A stretch of DNA of 35,210 nt from Octopus bimaculoides (lineage: Eukaryota). The notes under the pieces are model-generated. The model made no database searches. It was not told the origin of the DNA and worked only from the letters and a program-made list of their open reading frames with translations. This document shows positions 10,987 to 24,069 of the stretch, piece after piece. Made by a program: the position numbers and the translations under genes. Within the stretch, counting starts at the first letter, position 1. Each line of letters opens with the position of its first letter. Location of the stretch: contig NC_068986.1 in NCBI RefSeq assembly GCF_001194135.2, positions 42,827,235 to 42,862,444 on the forward strand. Direction: 5' to 3'.

Positions 10987-13900
10987 GTGTATGTGTGTGT
11001 ATGCGTGTGTTTGCCACCCACCACAGTTTGACAATTGGTAGGGGTGGACAAATATGTCACTGCAACTTGGTATTTCGATAAATGAAAATTGATAGAATAA
11101 GTTCCAAATTTAGAAGTAAGGGGACCGATTCGTTCTACTAAAATCTTTCAAACCGATGCACTAGCATGATCGCAGTTTAATGACTGAAACAAGTAAAAGA
11201 TAAAAGACATAAACCAGTACATGACGAATACTTCAGCTTCACAACTACAACTCAATTAACTTCGCTAAAAAACAAATTCAATTATGTCTCGTAATAATTG
11301 GTTGTACTTGAAACTACTTTTTGCATTATTTTTTATTTTCAACGCAGTGATCTGATAGAAACGTTAGAACGCCGGGCGAAATACTTAGCGGTATTTCGTC
11401 TCTGTGAATTATTGTGAATTATTATGAATACTGCAGTGTTACTCTGTGAAAATTGGTTGAATTACTCTGTGGCGAGTGGTAGTGTATCCAGTATGGAGAG
11501 CTACGCCAAGACCACTACGGCGAAGACGCCAGTGCCGCTGGAAACCAAGTTAATCGATCTGGATATGGAGGAGGTGAGCAGAAGCAGGAATTTGATAGAG
11601 GTACAGGGAGACTCATACAAATTGTCCCCCCGAAAAGAGACCAAGGAAGACAAAATTCTGAGGACAGTTGTATATCGTACACGGGCTGTCAAGACCTGTA
11701 AAATTTAAATGGTGATGGAAGAGGGAATCGAGGAGTACCTGGGTGAAATTGTAAATGAAGCCATGTACATCGGCAGAGGAAGAAAGTTCGGTACGGTAGA
11801 GGTGAGGTTTGCCACTATAGAAGAGGCAACCAAACATGCGACCAACATTCTAAGAAATACAAAAATAGCATTACTACCAAGTCATAAAAGAAAAAGAAGT
11901 GTGAGAATAGGTATTCCGAGAGTTCCACTAGAAATTAAACCGGAGTGGTTGGTTGCAACAGTTCTGGCTGCAACCAAGGAGGATCCGGAATTGGTACCAG
12001 TGGCAGAAACAAAAGTGCGCAACTGATGGGGATTTGGACACGAAATGTGGCTTTTTGCCACATTCGAGGACATAGAAAGAATTCCCTACCAGATAGAAGT
12101 GAAGGATGAGAGAACGTTAAATGTTGTAGTCGAGGGAAGGAAACCAAATTGCTACATATGCGAGGAGAGAGGTCATATGAAGACCAAATGCCCCCTATAT
12201 GAGTTCACGTTGCCACAGCAAGAGAAAGCACAAGCAGAGGAGGAAAACATTGTAGACCACACTGGGAAAATGAAAGAGAGACAGAAGTGTGAAACAGAGA
12301 AAACAAAGGAGAAGAACGAAAATGGAGCTACTAACCCTAAAAGGCGAAAGAAAAATAAGTCAAAGGAACGGTCAACAGAAAGCAAAAAAAAAAAAAGAGA
12401 TAGGAAAGCCAGAAACTAATAATGTACAAGAAGAGGAGAGAATGGATAAAGATGTGAAATACAAGGGAGTTTTGATAAAGTACGAGCAGAAGAACGAGCA
12501 GATGGACAGAAAAGTCGCGAAGTTGGAGGAAATAATAAGAGTGAAGATGCCAGAGAAATGTGCTGAGAAATGCATTTTAATACATGAGGAATAATACTGG
12601 GAGTGCATAAAAAAACTTGATGAAAATATAACAACGAAACTGGTATGGTTGGTGGAGACACCATCCCCTAGAGATGATTATTTACAGTTGATAAAGACGG
12701 AAGTAACAGTGATTAATGGGAAAAAAATAACGCGAGTGTTTCAATTTTTTGAGTTGCAAAACCGTTAAAATGTCTACATGATATTTAAGTAAAAGTGAAA
12801 AACTGGATAAATGTAACCACCCGACTTCGGGGGTCGAGTGAACATTGCGCCTCATTTTTCATTCTTGCTTATTATCATTTTATTTAAATTTTTCTTCTAT
12901 TATTATCATTCGCTTTTGTAATTTTTAGTTCCCCGATTTTATGTTTGTTGCGTTTTGTACCGTCTTTATGTTTTGTGATGTCTTAAAAATTCTTTGTATA
13001 GCCCTTTTTGGGTAATAAAGAAATAGGTATTTCGTCTGCCTTTACTTCCTGACTTCAAAATCCGCTGATGTCGACTATGCCTTTCATCCTTTCGAGGTCG
13101 GTAAATTAAGTACGAGTTGCGTACTGGGGTCGATCTTGTGCCTAGAGCAGAAAAGATTATTTATTATTTCCAAAACCAAATCCATTACTGCTTATTTAAT
13201 GCACCACCGAAACATATTTTTCTACACGCACACATATTGTCAAGTCCCGCTTGCATCTGTTTTAAGAAAGTTATTATTTAATATGAGAAGTAAATGTAGA
13301 TTTTGCATTCTTAATGGATTCGATTTTTCCATATGTCTTATATACCTTTTACTACGTTTATAATTTTTTTGAAAGTTTGATCTTTCTGTTGGCTTTCTAG
13401 AAACTCGCTCGTTTTTCTGGATTACAAATTTTGAGTTTTTGATACACGGTATCCTACAAATAATCTATCGTAATCTTGGTTTTGATATTATGCAATATTC
13501 ATCATATGAATGTGGGCAACATACTAATTATTTAAGGATTTAGTGAAATAGCTATATTGTGCGAATTTGTGAACCGTCGGACGTTATCTGTAGATGCGTT
13601 TGTATCTGTATATATAAAAACCAGGTTGTGTGTGTGTGTGTGTATGTGTTTACGTGAATGTTATTTATGCACGTCCACAAATTAGCCCGCATGTCGCTCC
13701 AATTTTAGGAGGACATTCGTCATGATCCTAGATGCATTTACGTCAACTTATTTTTCCCAGAGGCACCAGAGAATAGCAGTAAAAATAAATTTTCAAACAA
13801 AACTTTTAGCAATTTTCAAGTCGAATAAATCCACCATTGTTTACAACAGGAGTTAAGTCCCCTTCTAGTGACAAGTAAGTTTTTGTTAAGACTTTTGTTG

Positions 13901-16900
13901 TTTTTTTCCATCGAGGAAAAAATGTTTTGTTGATATACGGGCAACGCACACACATACGAACATGTATGCGTACACAAAATATGTATGCAATTGTTGTACG
14001 TACGTGTGTGTATGTGTGTGTGTTGCCCATTATATATATATATATATATATATACATACATATACTTAGTTGTCATCNNNNNNNNNNNNNNNNNNNNNNN
14101 NNNNNNNNNNNNNNNNNNNNNNNNNNNNNNNNNNNNNNNNNNNNNNNNNNNNNNNNNNNNNNNNNNNNNNNNNNNNNNNNNNNNNNNNNNNNNNNNNNNN
14201 NNNNNNNNNNNNNNNNNNNNNNNNNNNNNNNNNNNNNNNNNNNNNNNNNNNNNNNNNNNNNNNNNNNNNNNNNNNNNNNNNNNNNNNNNNNNNNNNNNNN
14301 NNNNNNNNNNNNNNNNNNNNNNNNNNNNNNNNNNNNNNNNNNNNNNNNNNNNNNNNNNNNNNNNNNNNNNNNNNNNNNNNNNNNNNNNNNNNNNNNNNNN
14401 NNNNNNNNNNNNNNNNNNNNNNNNNNNNNNNNNNNNNNNNNNNNNNNNNNNNNNNNNNNNNNNNNNNNNNNNNNNNNNNNNNNNNNNNNNNNNNNNNNNN
14501 NNNNNNNNNNNNNNNNNNNNNNNNNNNNNNNNNNNNNNNNNNNNNNNNNNNNNNNNNNNNNNNNNNNNNNNNNNNNNNNNNNNNNNNNNNNNNNNNNNNN
14601 NNNNNNNNNNNNNNNNNNNNNNNNNNNNNNNNNNNNNNNNNNNNNNNNNNNNNNNNNNNNNNNNNNNNNNNNNNNNNNNNNNNNNNNNNNNNNNNNNNNN
14701 NNNNNNNNNNNNNNNNNNNNNNNNNNNNNNNNNNNNNNNNNNNNNNNNNNNNNNNNNNNNNNNNNNNNNNNNNNNNNNNNNNNNNNNNNNNNNNNNNNNN
14801 NNNNNNNNNNNNNNNNNNNNNNNNNNNNNNNNNNNNNNNNNNNNNNNNNNNNNNNNNNNNNNNNNNNNNNNNNNNNNNNNNNNNNNNNNNGAGTCCGTAA
14901 TCAGTTTCTTCTTACCGGTCGTCGTGCGATTAATGTTGGTTTTTGATTGACAGATATTTTCAAAAACGTTTAATCATGGGGTAGTGAGCTCGTTTCCCAG
15001 ACCAGGCTGTGTTGTGCTCTTGAGAAAGACACTTTACTTCACGTTGCTGCAGTCCACTCATATGTAGAACTGAGCCGTGATGTCACTGGTGCGAAGCTAT
15101 ATCGGCCTTTGCCTTTTCCCCGGATAACATCGGTGACATGGAGAGGGGAGGCTGGTATGCACGGGTGACTGCTGATCTTCTATAAAACAACCTTGCCCGG
15201 TAAGGTAACTTTCTAGGTGCAATCCCAAGGGGGGGGGGAGGTCTTTTCCCTTTTTACCATATATATATATATATATATGTATATATAACAAACGAGAAAG
15301 TTCTCCGTCTGATGCATACTTGGGTTTTGACATGTAAAACAAATTCGTTAATCCTCGTGACGACAACAGGCAGTAGAAAGGACTCTGAAGGAGAATGGGG
15401 CGTAAACGAGACACTGAAATACAAGTGCGCGCGTGCACACACATACATACAGACACACATACAAACTATCTCTCTCTCTCTCTCACACACACACAAACAC
15501 ACAAATTTATATTTAAGTATCGGCAACTGAGACAGGGTTAATAAAAACCTTAGTCAACGTCAACAAATAGGATTCTATCGCAACTGATAAGAGCCTGCAC
15601 TTCCAACAAAAATGGAAAGCTGGATTGTGGAATTTTGAGCACGACCTTTCCTGCATATTCTTTTAGCCTGGTAATTTCTGTTATCAGTGTAATACCAAAG
15701 GCCGACTCATAGAGCCTTTCCGTCTTCTTTTCGTACAGTCTTGTAATGCTTCTGTTAACTTCATCTCAAACCTGTTAGCGGATCAACAAGGAGTGAAGGA
15801 ATGCTACATTGACGGGCACTAGTAGCGATACAAAAATTGTCAGTTTGGCTAGCATCTTTCCTGATACAGCATGTGAAATCTTTGTAGAGATTCGTGAAGA
15901 TATTGAAGTATTGTTGATACAAATCACATGCACAGGCTATATTTTATAAATGTTCTTGATGAATGACTTTGTTCAAATCCTTGTGTATTTGAACAAGGTC
16001 TACTGGAAATCTGTTCATTGTTCCATGACGTTTCTCAATGTAAAAGTTTGCACAGTGCTAGAATAGCTGGAACGAAATCTTGCTTATTCTTCTCGCAGTC
16101 TTTCTCATAGAGCTGCATCAAAGTCCTATCGAATCCTGCTCAGGAACACAATCTAGAAAAAATTTCCTGGTAAAATAGCAATGCAATATTTCACCAGTTG
16201 ATGCAAACTACTAGGTTTCATCTTTCCAGGAGATTCAGTGAGACCCCTTCTCCAATCGCACAGGGTTTGCCGTTGTTACTAGCGCTTATTGAGAAGGAGC
16301 CAATGTTCCACCAGGCCTGAAATTACTGCCGAAATCTGGTCGGATCCAACAGTTTTGTTTCCTTTAGTTACCTTATTTTTTGTATTATTTCCTTCTCTGT
16401 GATCACATTTCTTACTTACAGTTCTAACGGTTGCTACTATTGAGTTGAAGTAAAAACTGCGACTGAATCTGTCTGACTCTGAGCCACTATATAGCGTTCC
16501 AACTCTCTGGTGCTTTGTTCCTTTTCTGGAGGCAGGAATTTGCTAGTTTTCCTCTTTTCTTTGAATTTGCTAGTCTTCTATTTTCTGACTCACACATAAT
16601 TACATGCAACACACCCGCAAGCGCAGATACACGGATAGACACACACGCGACTACAGACTCATACATGCATACACACACGTATGTGTGAATGAATTTATGT
16701 ATATATGTGTATTATTCATGACATTCAATACAGAGCTGCATAGCTGCATTTTTATTATTTTGAGTTATCAATGCTTTTGTAACATTTCAGACTATTTTTA
16801 ACAAAAACAAACAAATTAGCAAAGCAATTGTCCGAAAAATGATTTCAACATTTATGAAACCTTTCTAGACGTAGTCATTTAATTTGAAGACCATCAGACA

Positions 16901-19900
16901 AATGAATCTAATAACGATTTATATTTCCTATTGAAAACATGACTGAAAATCGCTTCATATTTATCCGCGATAATAAGTTTTAAATAATAGAGCCAGACAC
17001 GATGTTTTATTTTCGAGATAGAGACAACTTCTAAACAAGTGATAAATAATACAATGACAGCAACAAAAGTGTTTATGTAATTTTGAAATAAAACAAATAT
17101 GATAATCATTATATTAAAGTAGTTTCTGAAGATTTTTTTCATCTGTCTCTCGAGCACCAAATTATTAATATGAACAACAAAAAATGTTTCAAAAGCCAGT
17201 CTTTTCTATGAGATTAGTTTATTGCATTGTGAAATTTCATGAAATGTAGAGCTCATTTAGTGTAGAACATATTTTGCATCTCAAAACGGTTTCAATTCTC
17301 AGTCTGGATGCTTTCTCGTAACTTTTGTTAAAACACTTGGAAAAGTATATTTATCACAGCTTCCATAATCACCCTTGTCAACAATTACAATTATTAATCA
17401 ATGACTGATACAGACTCCTGATAAGGAAAATTTCGGTCTAACATACACAGTCGAAATAAGTAAGTATTAACTTATACTAAACAAATAGTTATTTGCATTC
17501 AAATTTCTCTGAACATAATTAACTTTGAAATAGTAGTTATACTGTAAGCTCATGTACAGGCGTTAATTAATTATTAGAAACTAGATACTAATGGGTATAG
17601 CTATTCTACAGCCGATCTGTTGTCATTGAATATAAAGTGGTGAGTAGATAATAAACAAAAAGAGTTACATTGATTTTTGTTTTGCACAATATAAAACTTA
17701 ATGTTTTGTTTTTAAGAAAACCCTGAAGATAAAATTGTGTATACGCTCACTTGTGTGAATTAGAAGGTCCGAAAATTAGATTATGATCATGAGTAATTAA
17801 TTACAAGATGCGTCATGCTGCTATTTTAGAACAAAACAATCTTGGGGCTATCAAGCTCACTATTAAATACGTTGTAATTAGGAGCAAATAAGCAAACACA
17901 CACTCGCAAAGTATGATGCTAAGCCATATCAGGTGATCTATAGAAAATGAAGTTCGTTATTGTACAATTCACTTTATTAAATATGCATGTAGATATTTCA
18001 TATTAGCGACTGAAGTTCTTACATCACCGAAACAGTAGAGTTACAATTTCAGTATGTCATTATGAAGAATATAAACTTCGTAATGTAAACAGAGAAAAGG
18101 CTAGATGATGTGTTTATAGAAAATGATTCAGCTGATCGACATACCCAAAGAAAAATAATCAAAATGAATATATGGAGTTCCTTGTGAGGAAATGAGCCCC
18201 CAAAAGATTTCTAAGAGATGGAACGATAGATCGTTTATTACTTATTTTCAAATACCTTCGATATAAACAAGTTGTTCATATAAACAAAAGGTTTTTTTTT
18301 TGTATTTACTAACTGCCATTACAACGGAAACAGTCTAAAGGTAAATCTATTAGAATTTAAGAGAGAAGTTATCTTTTAAGTGGGTATCACACAAAGCTGA
18401 TTACAACCCTCAAAACGCATATCTCAGGTGATAGAATGGGAGGATTATTATGCCTGATTAATACTTATGATTTTATGGATTATTTGAAAGTTCCATACGA
18501 AATGAACATATTCTAGTTTTGTAGTTTGAAAAAATATCAAAATGTGTTTGCATGGTAAAAACGATTAAAAGCTCTATCAGTGGTTAATGTATGATACAAT
18601 TAAAAGCGAAATTGACAGGCTTACAAAAAGTGAACGAAATAACATTAGATTAGGAATTCAACAAGAAATTTGATGGGGTTGATTTAATGATTGCTTATAA
18701 AAAAGGTAACAATACACTAACAAAGACCACACATCAGACATTTATGACCTTATCAATGGTTCAGTGTACATTGGAGAGCTATAATTTCTTAATGATCTTC
18801 TCGGAAAACTGTAGCTGAAAAGAAAGTGTAGTGTGGTGGTAACACGTAAAAATTCATTCGTAGAATAAATATTCTATTCCTAACACATTTATTGCGGCTA
18901 TCTATCATTGTCAAATATTCTGTGAAATAGAGTTTTAGATGCAAGTGAGGATCTGTGGTAAGAAGTTTGCTTCCCAGCTACATGAATCCGGGTTCAGTCC
19001 CATAGCATTTTTCCTTAGGTAAGTGTCTTCTACTATATCTCTGGACCGACCAAAGCCTTGAGTGTGGATTTGGTAGGCGGAAACTGAAAGAGGTCCGTTG
19101 TATGTGTCTTTTTCTCTCTTTGTGCTTGTGTTTGTGCCCCCCCCCTGCTTGACAACTGGTATTAGTTTATTTACGTTCCAGTAACTTAGTGTTTCAGCAA
19201 AAAGAGACGACGGATTAAGTTCAAGGACTTTCAACGAAACAAGTACTAGGTACAATTCATTTGACTAGATATCCTTTAAGGAGGTTCCCCAGCCTGGCCA
19301 CAATCCTATGACAGAAACATGTAAAAGATGCTATAAATAAGTACGGGATGTAAATGACTGAGACCATTGTTTTATGTTAGAAACACTTACCAAATTTGTT
19401 ATGTAACTAGCTGCACATGAACTCTGGATCCCCGAGAGTACACGACGGTCTTCAAAAGCATAACTTTATGTCTCTCTGAATTAAACAAACTGAAAGAAGG
19501 AAACGGAAGCTATCTTACTGGATATTCACCTCGTCAGCCGTTGTTAAACTAAGCCTCACAATGTACATCAATTTTTACATGTGGTTGGTATATAAATCAA
19601 CAAGTAATTAATATATAAGTCAACCAAGAGCGAAAATGTCACTATCACTTTTATCTAGTTCATATGTCTTAAAGATAATTTTTTGTGAATATTGTTAACA
19701 GCCCAAAAGTTCAAATAATAAATCTCAGAGCTATTCAGAGACAACAACCCATAAAGATAGCGTAACAGCATATATATATATATGTGTGTGTGTAATTTTT
19801 TGATACTTTTTTCTTAAAGTATCCATGATTTTATTATACTCCGAGGAAGGTACTTAGTGATATAATATTTATGTAACCGATTCCGCAAATTATAATGCGC

Positions 19901-21893
19901 CATGACATTCACAACTTTGCATAATTTTGTATTTAATCCTCTGTAACCTTAGGGAGGGGTAATTAAAATTTGAATTTGAAAACATCTTAATGGCACGTTT
20001 TCTGCATTCCTGATTTATTTAATAAAGGTATATTTCATGCAGTTAACCAACTAACTTTTTTTCTACTTCTCATCAAAACCTTTTGGAACTACTTCTAAAT
20101 ATGCAATTGCTAATGATGAAATTATTTTCAATTCTTATATTTTAATAACACTAACGTTTATAAACAAAAAGAAAGAAGATTAAACACTCTTCTCAATATC
20201 TTACAGACTAATGGAGCAATTTTGCTAACTGTAAATGCTGTAACGGAGCACACATTCATCGTGAATTTTGTGAAAACTAAGTTTTATGGCAAGTAAGTAT
20301 TTAAATGTATTATTTTTTTAAAATGTGTCATAAAATATGTAATAAATTGCACTTCTACATATATGTACAACATTTTAATGTACAATGGACAAAACAACAA
20401 ATATTTTTCACAAGAACGTTGTATAGAAAAAATATCACTATATATTCCAAAGTTCATTCGCCAGACTTTTGTGAGCAGAATCAATGATTGCACTTAATGT
20501 TTTTGTCGCCTCACTATGAATGTAATTTTAGTCCATTGAAATGTGGTTCCGTTCAAGGAGTATATTAAAATTAATTATTTATAGAGCTAAATATTTTTGA
20601 CAATTTATCAAAAGTTAATAAAAGTTAATGTGGTATCTCGTAAAGCAGAATCAAATAAATTTATAAGTTTCAAAATTTTACTTCTAAGTTGCTTAAAGAT
20701 ATTTTGTTGCATTAGTTTGTATTATTTAAAACCTCAATAATTATCTCGAACACGAAAGAAAGCAAAATAAATTAATGGATACTTCAAAGCTTTCTTCATA
20801 AGCTTTTTTAATTAAGAGAACACTTATAGTTTTTTAAAATGTAAAGATGACTGTAAGAAATGAAAGAGCAGGACACAATTTGTTGTTAAATTAGCAAGGT
20901 CAACACTTTTTCTCCATAGAAATGTATGGTATACTGACGGTATGGTTGATCCGAATGATTCTGAGAAATATATTTGGCGAGAAAGTAGGAAACAAATTGA
21001 AGATACTGATCAATATTGGATAGATGAATCTGATCGGGAAAAACCAGGAACAAGAATTGTCTACATGACCAAAGGTAATGAGAAAGCTTCAAAGAATTAA
21101 TCTTCAAATAAATTTGTATTCGTTTTTCTATCTGTCGTGTGTAAATTCGATGAGGAATATATAAAACATCTGACTTTTATTCCTCAGTATTCTGATTCTT
21201 AATTACACTGTCAGCCTTGCAGAGACAATAGAATAGCTGCAGGTTATTGTTGTTATCCTTGTTTAGCGCTCCAGAGTAGCTCCTAATAACCACAGTTTGC
21301 GTGGTTTCAAAGCATAAACTGTTGAACGAGATCGTCTTAGGTCCAGGGGACCAATTTAATCACTATATACTATTTCTACCAGTCAATAAATAAATTTAAC
21401 AGTTCACATTCATTGCTGTGTCAGTTCGTAGTGGTCGTGAGGGACTATAATCCTATCAAAGTGATGGTTATTACAAGTGTTCCGATCCTATCTTATGAGG
21501 CATATAATCAGTACATTCTTTGCATTTATCAAACGTCACGACAGAGCGTGATATGAGGGAGCAATCACATAGAAACTTCTTGGTTTACTCTATCCGATGC
21601 TAATTAAAGCGTCTAAATTCTTTCCCATCAATAATGGACATAACGTATAAAAATGAATTTGTTATTACTAACATAATTGAAGACAAGTAAAATGCCTTGC
21701 AATTTGTAGTTCCCGTCATTTCCGTTTAGTAGTCAGTTTAGCATTCCTCATAACCAGTCATAAAATGCATCTATTCAATTGCCTAGAACCATTCTATAAC
21801 GTGTTCCGTTGTTAGAAAACAATATTCTGACGAACATTAAACTAAATCACTCCCAGACAGCACTCACTAACGTACTTTATAATTTTTATATTT

Positions 21894-21934
<41 letters not shown>

Positions 21935-24034
21935 NNNNNNNNNNNNNNNNNNNNNNNNNNNNNNNNNNNNNNNNNNNNNNNNNNNNNNNNNNNNNNNNNN
22001 NNNNNNNNNNNNNNNNNNNNNNNNNNNNNNNNNNNNNNNNNNNNNNNNNNNNNNNNNNNNNNNNNNNNNNNNNNNNNNNNNNNNNNNNNNNNNNNNNNNN
22101 NNNNNNNNNNNNNNNNNNNNNNNNNNNNNNNNNNNNNNNNNNNNNNNNNNNNNNNNNNNNNNNNNNNNNNNNNNNNNNNNNNNNNNNNNNNNNNNNNNNN
22201 NNNNNNNNNNNNNNNNNNNNNNNNNNNNNNNNNNNNNNNNNNNNNNNNNNNNNNNNNNNNNNNNNNNNNNNNNNNNNNNNNNNNNNNNNNNNNNNNNNNN
22301 NNNNNNNNNNNNNNNNNNNNNNNNNNNNNNNNNNNNNNNNNNNNNNNNNNNNNNNNNNNNNNNNNNNNNNNNNNNNNNNNNNNNNNNNNNNNNNNNNNNN
22401 NNNNNNNNNNNNNNNNNNNNNNNNNNNNNNNNNNNNNNNNNNNNNNNNNNNNNNNNNNNNNNNNNNNNNNNNNNNNNNNNNNNNNNNNNNNNNNNNNNNN
22501 NNNNNNNNNNNNNNNNNNNNNNNNNNNNNNNNNNNNNNNNNNNNNNNNNNNNNNNNNNNNNNNNNNNNNNNNNNNNNNNNNNNNNNNNNNNNNNNNNNNN
22601 NNNNNNNNNNNNNNNNNNNNNNNNNNNNNNNNNNNNNNNNNNNNNNNNNNNNNNNNNNNNNNNNNNNNNNNNNNNNNNNNNNNNNNNNNNNNNNNNNNNT
22701 GGGCCTTATAGTATGCCTGTATATATGCGAGAGTATAGTCTCACTTTAATAGTTTCAGTATGAAATTGAAAGTATTAAAGTGAAAGTATCTGACATTACG
22801 TTAGAGTGATGTTATTGTTTCACTTTTGACACGTAATACTGAAATAGTGGAGTAGATATGATATTGCTGTGGGCTCGAACTATGCAAGAAGTTAAAAATT
22901 CTTTTAACCTAAGACACTACATGGACACTAAGTAAGGCATGTGTTAATTTGGAATGAAATTGGTTGTGTAGTTCTCGAGTTTTAGGGATTCACACTGACC
23001 CACTGAAAGGAGGTCTGCAGCAAAATAATTTTACTCAACACTTTGCAAGTGAATCAGTGGAGGCAAAGATGCGTCTCATTTACTTGACAATTTATGCACC
23101 ACACTGCAGAAATCACAATGTAAGTTTATCTGAAAGGATAGTCTTACACTGTTGTACCGTTGAATTACAAATAATGCTCATCTATTATGTTCGAGTGACT
23201 CTATAGCTTCCAATAGTACAACTGTATTCGTGTTTGCTTAGGAAAAATGACTAAATTGTGGGTGTGAAGTCCCCATGAAGGGGTCTTCGTAACTTCTAAG
23301 AAGAAGAAATTTTAGAAATATTACTTTATATGTGTGTAATATGTATGGTTAAAATTTCATTGACATCAAAAATATATGAATTTTCATGGGGGTTATGGCC
23401 GTTATGCATAGAATATAATTTCCAAATTTCATAAAGATCCATTCAGTACTTTTGACGTAGTTTTGGATAAAAAAACAAATGACTAATGTGTGTGTTTGTG
23501 TGCATGTGTGTGTTTGTGTGCATGTGTATGTGTGTGTGTATGGGTGTATATATGTATAAATATCTGTAGGCATGTATATATGTGTACATATTACATGTAC
23601 ANNNNNNNNNNNNNNNNNNNNNNNNNNNNNNNNNNNNNNNNNNNNNNNNNNNNNNNNNNNNNNNNNNNNNNNNNNNNNNNNNNNNNNNNNNNNNNNNNNN
23701 NNNNNNNNNNNNNNNNNNNNNNNNNNNNNNNNNNNNNNNNNNNNNNNNNNNNNNNNNNNNNNNNNNNNNNNNNNNNNNNNNNNNNNNNNNNNNNNNNNNN
23801 NNNNNNNNNNNNNNNNNNNNNNNNNNNNNNNNNNNNNNNNNNNNNNNNNNNNNNNNNNNNNNNNNNNNNNNNNNNNNNNNNNNNNNNNNNNNNNNNNNNN
23901 NNNNNNNNNNNNNNNNNNNNNNNNNNNNNNNNNNNNNNNNNNNNNNNNNNNNNNNNNNNNNNNNNNNNNCTTTGATGGTTTTTATTCCCATGTTGACCAC
24001 TTGATAAGATCAATATTTTAAATATCGATCTTAT

Positions 24035-24069
<35 letters not shown>

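Noticed and set aside
11501-12664. Several minus-strand ORFs over the ORF1 element
   Set aside because: They are antisense shadows of the purine-rich + strand ORF
23274-23296. GAAGTCCCC-ATGA-AGGGGTCTTC hairpin
   Set aside because: Isolated short stem with no associated termini, so compatible with chance
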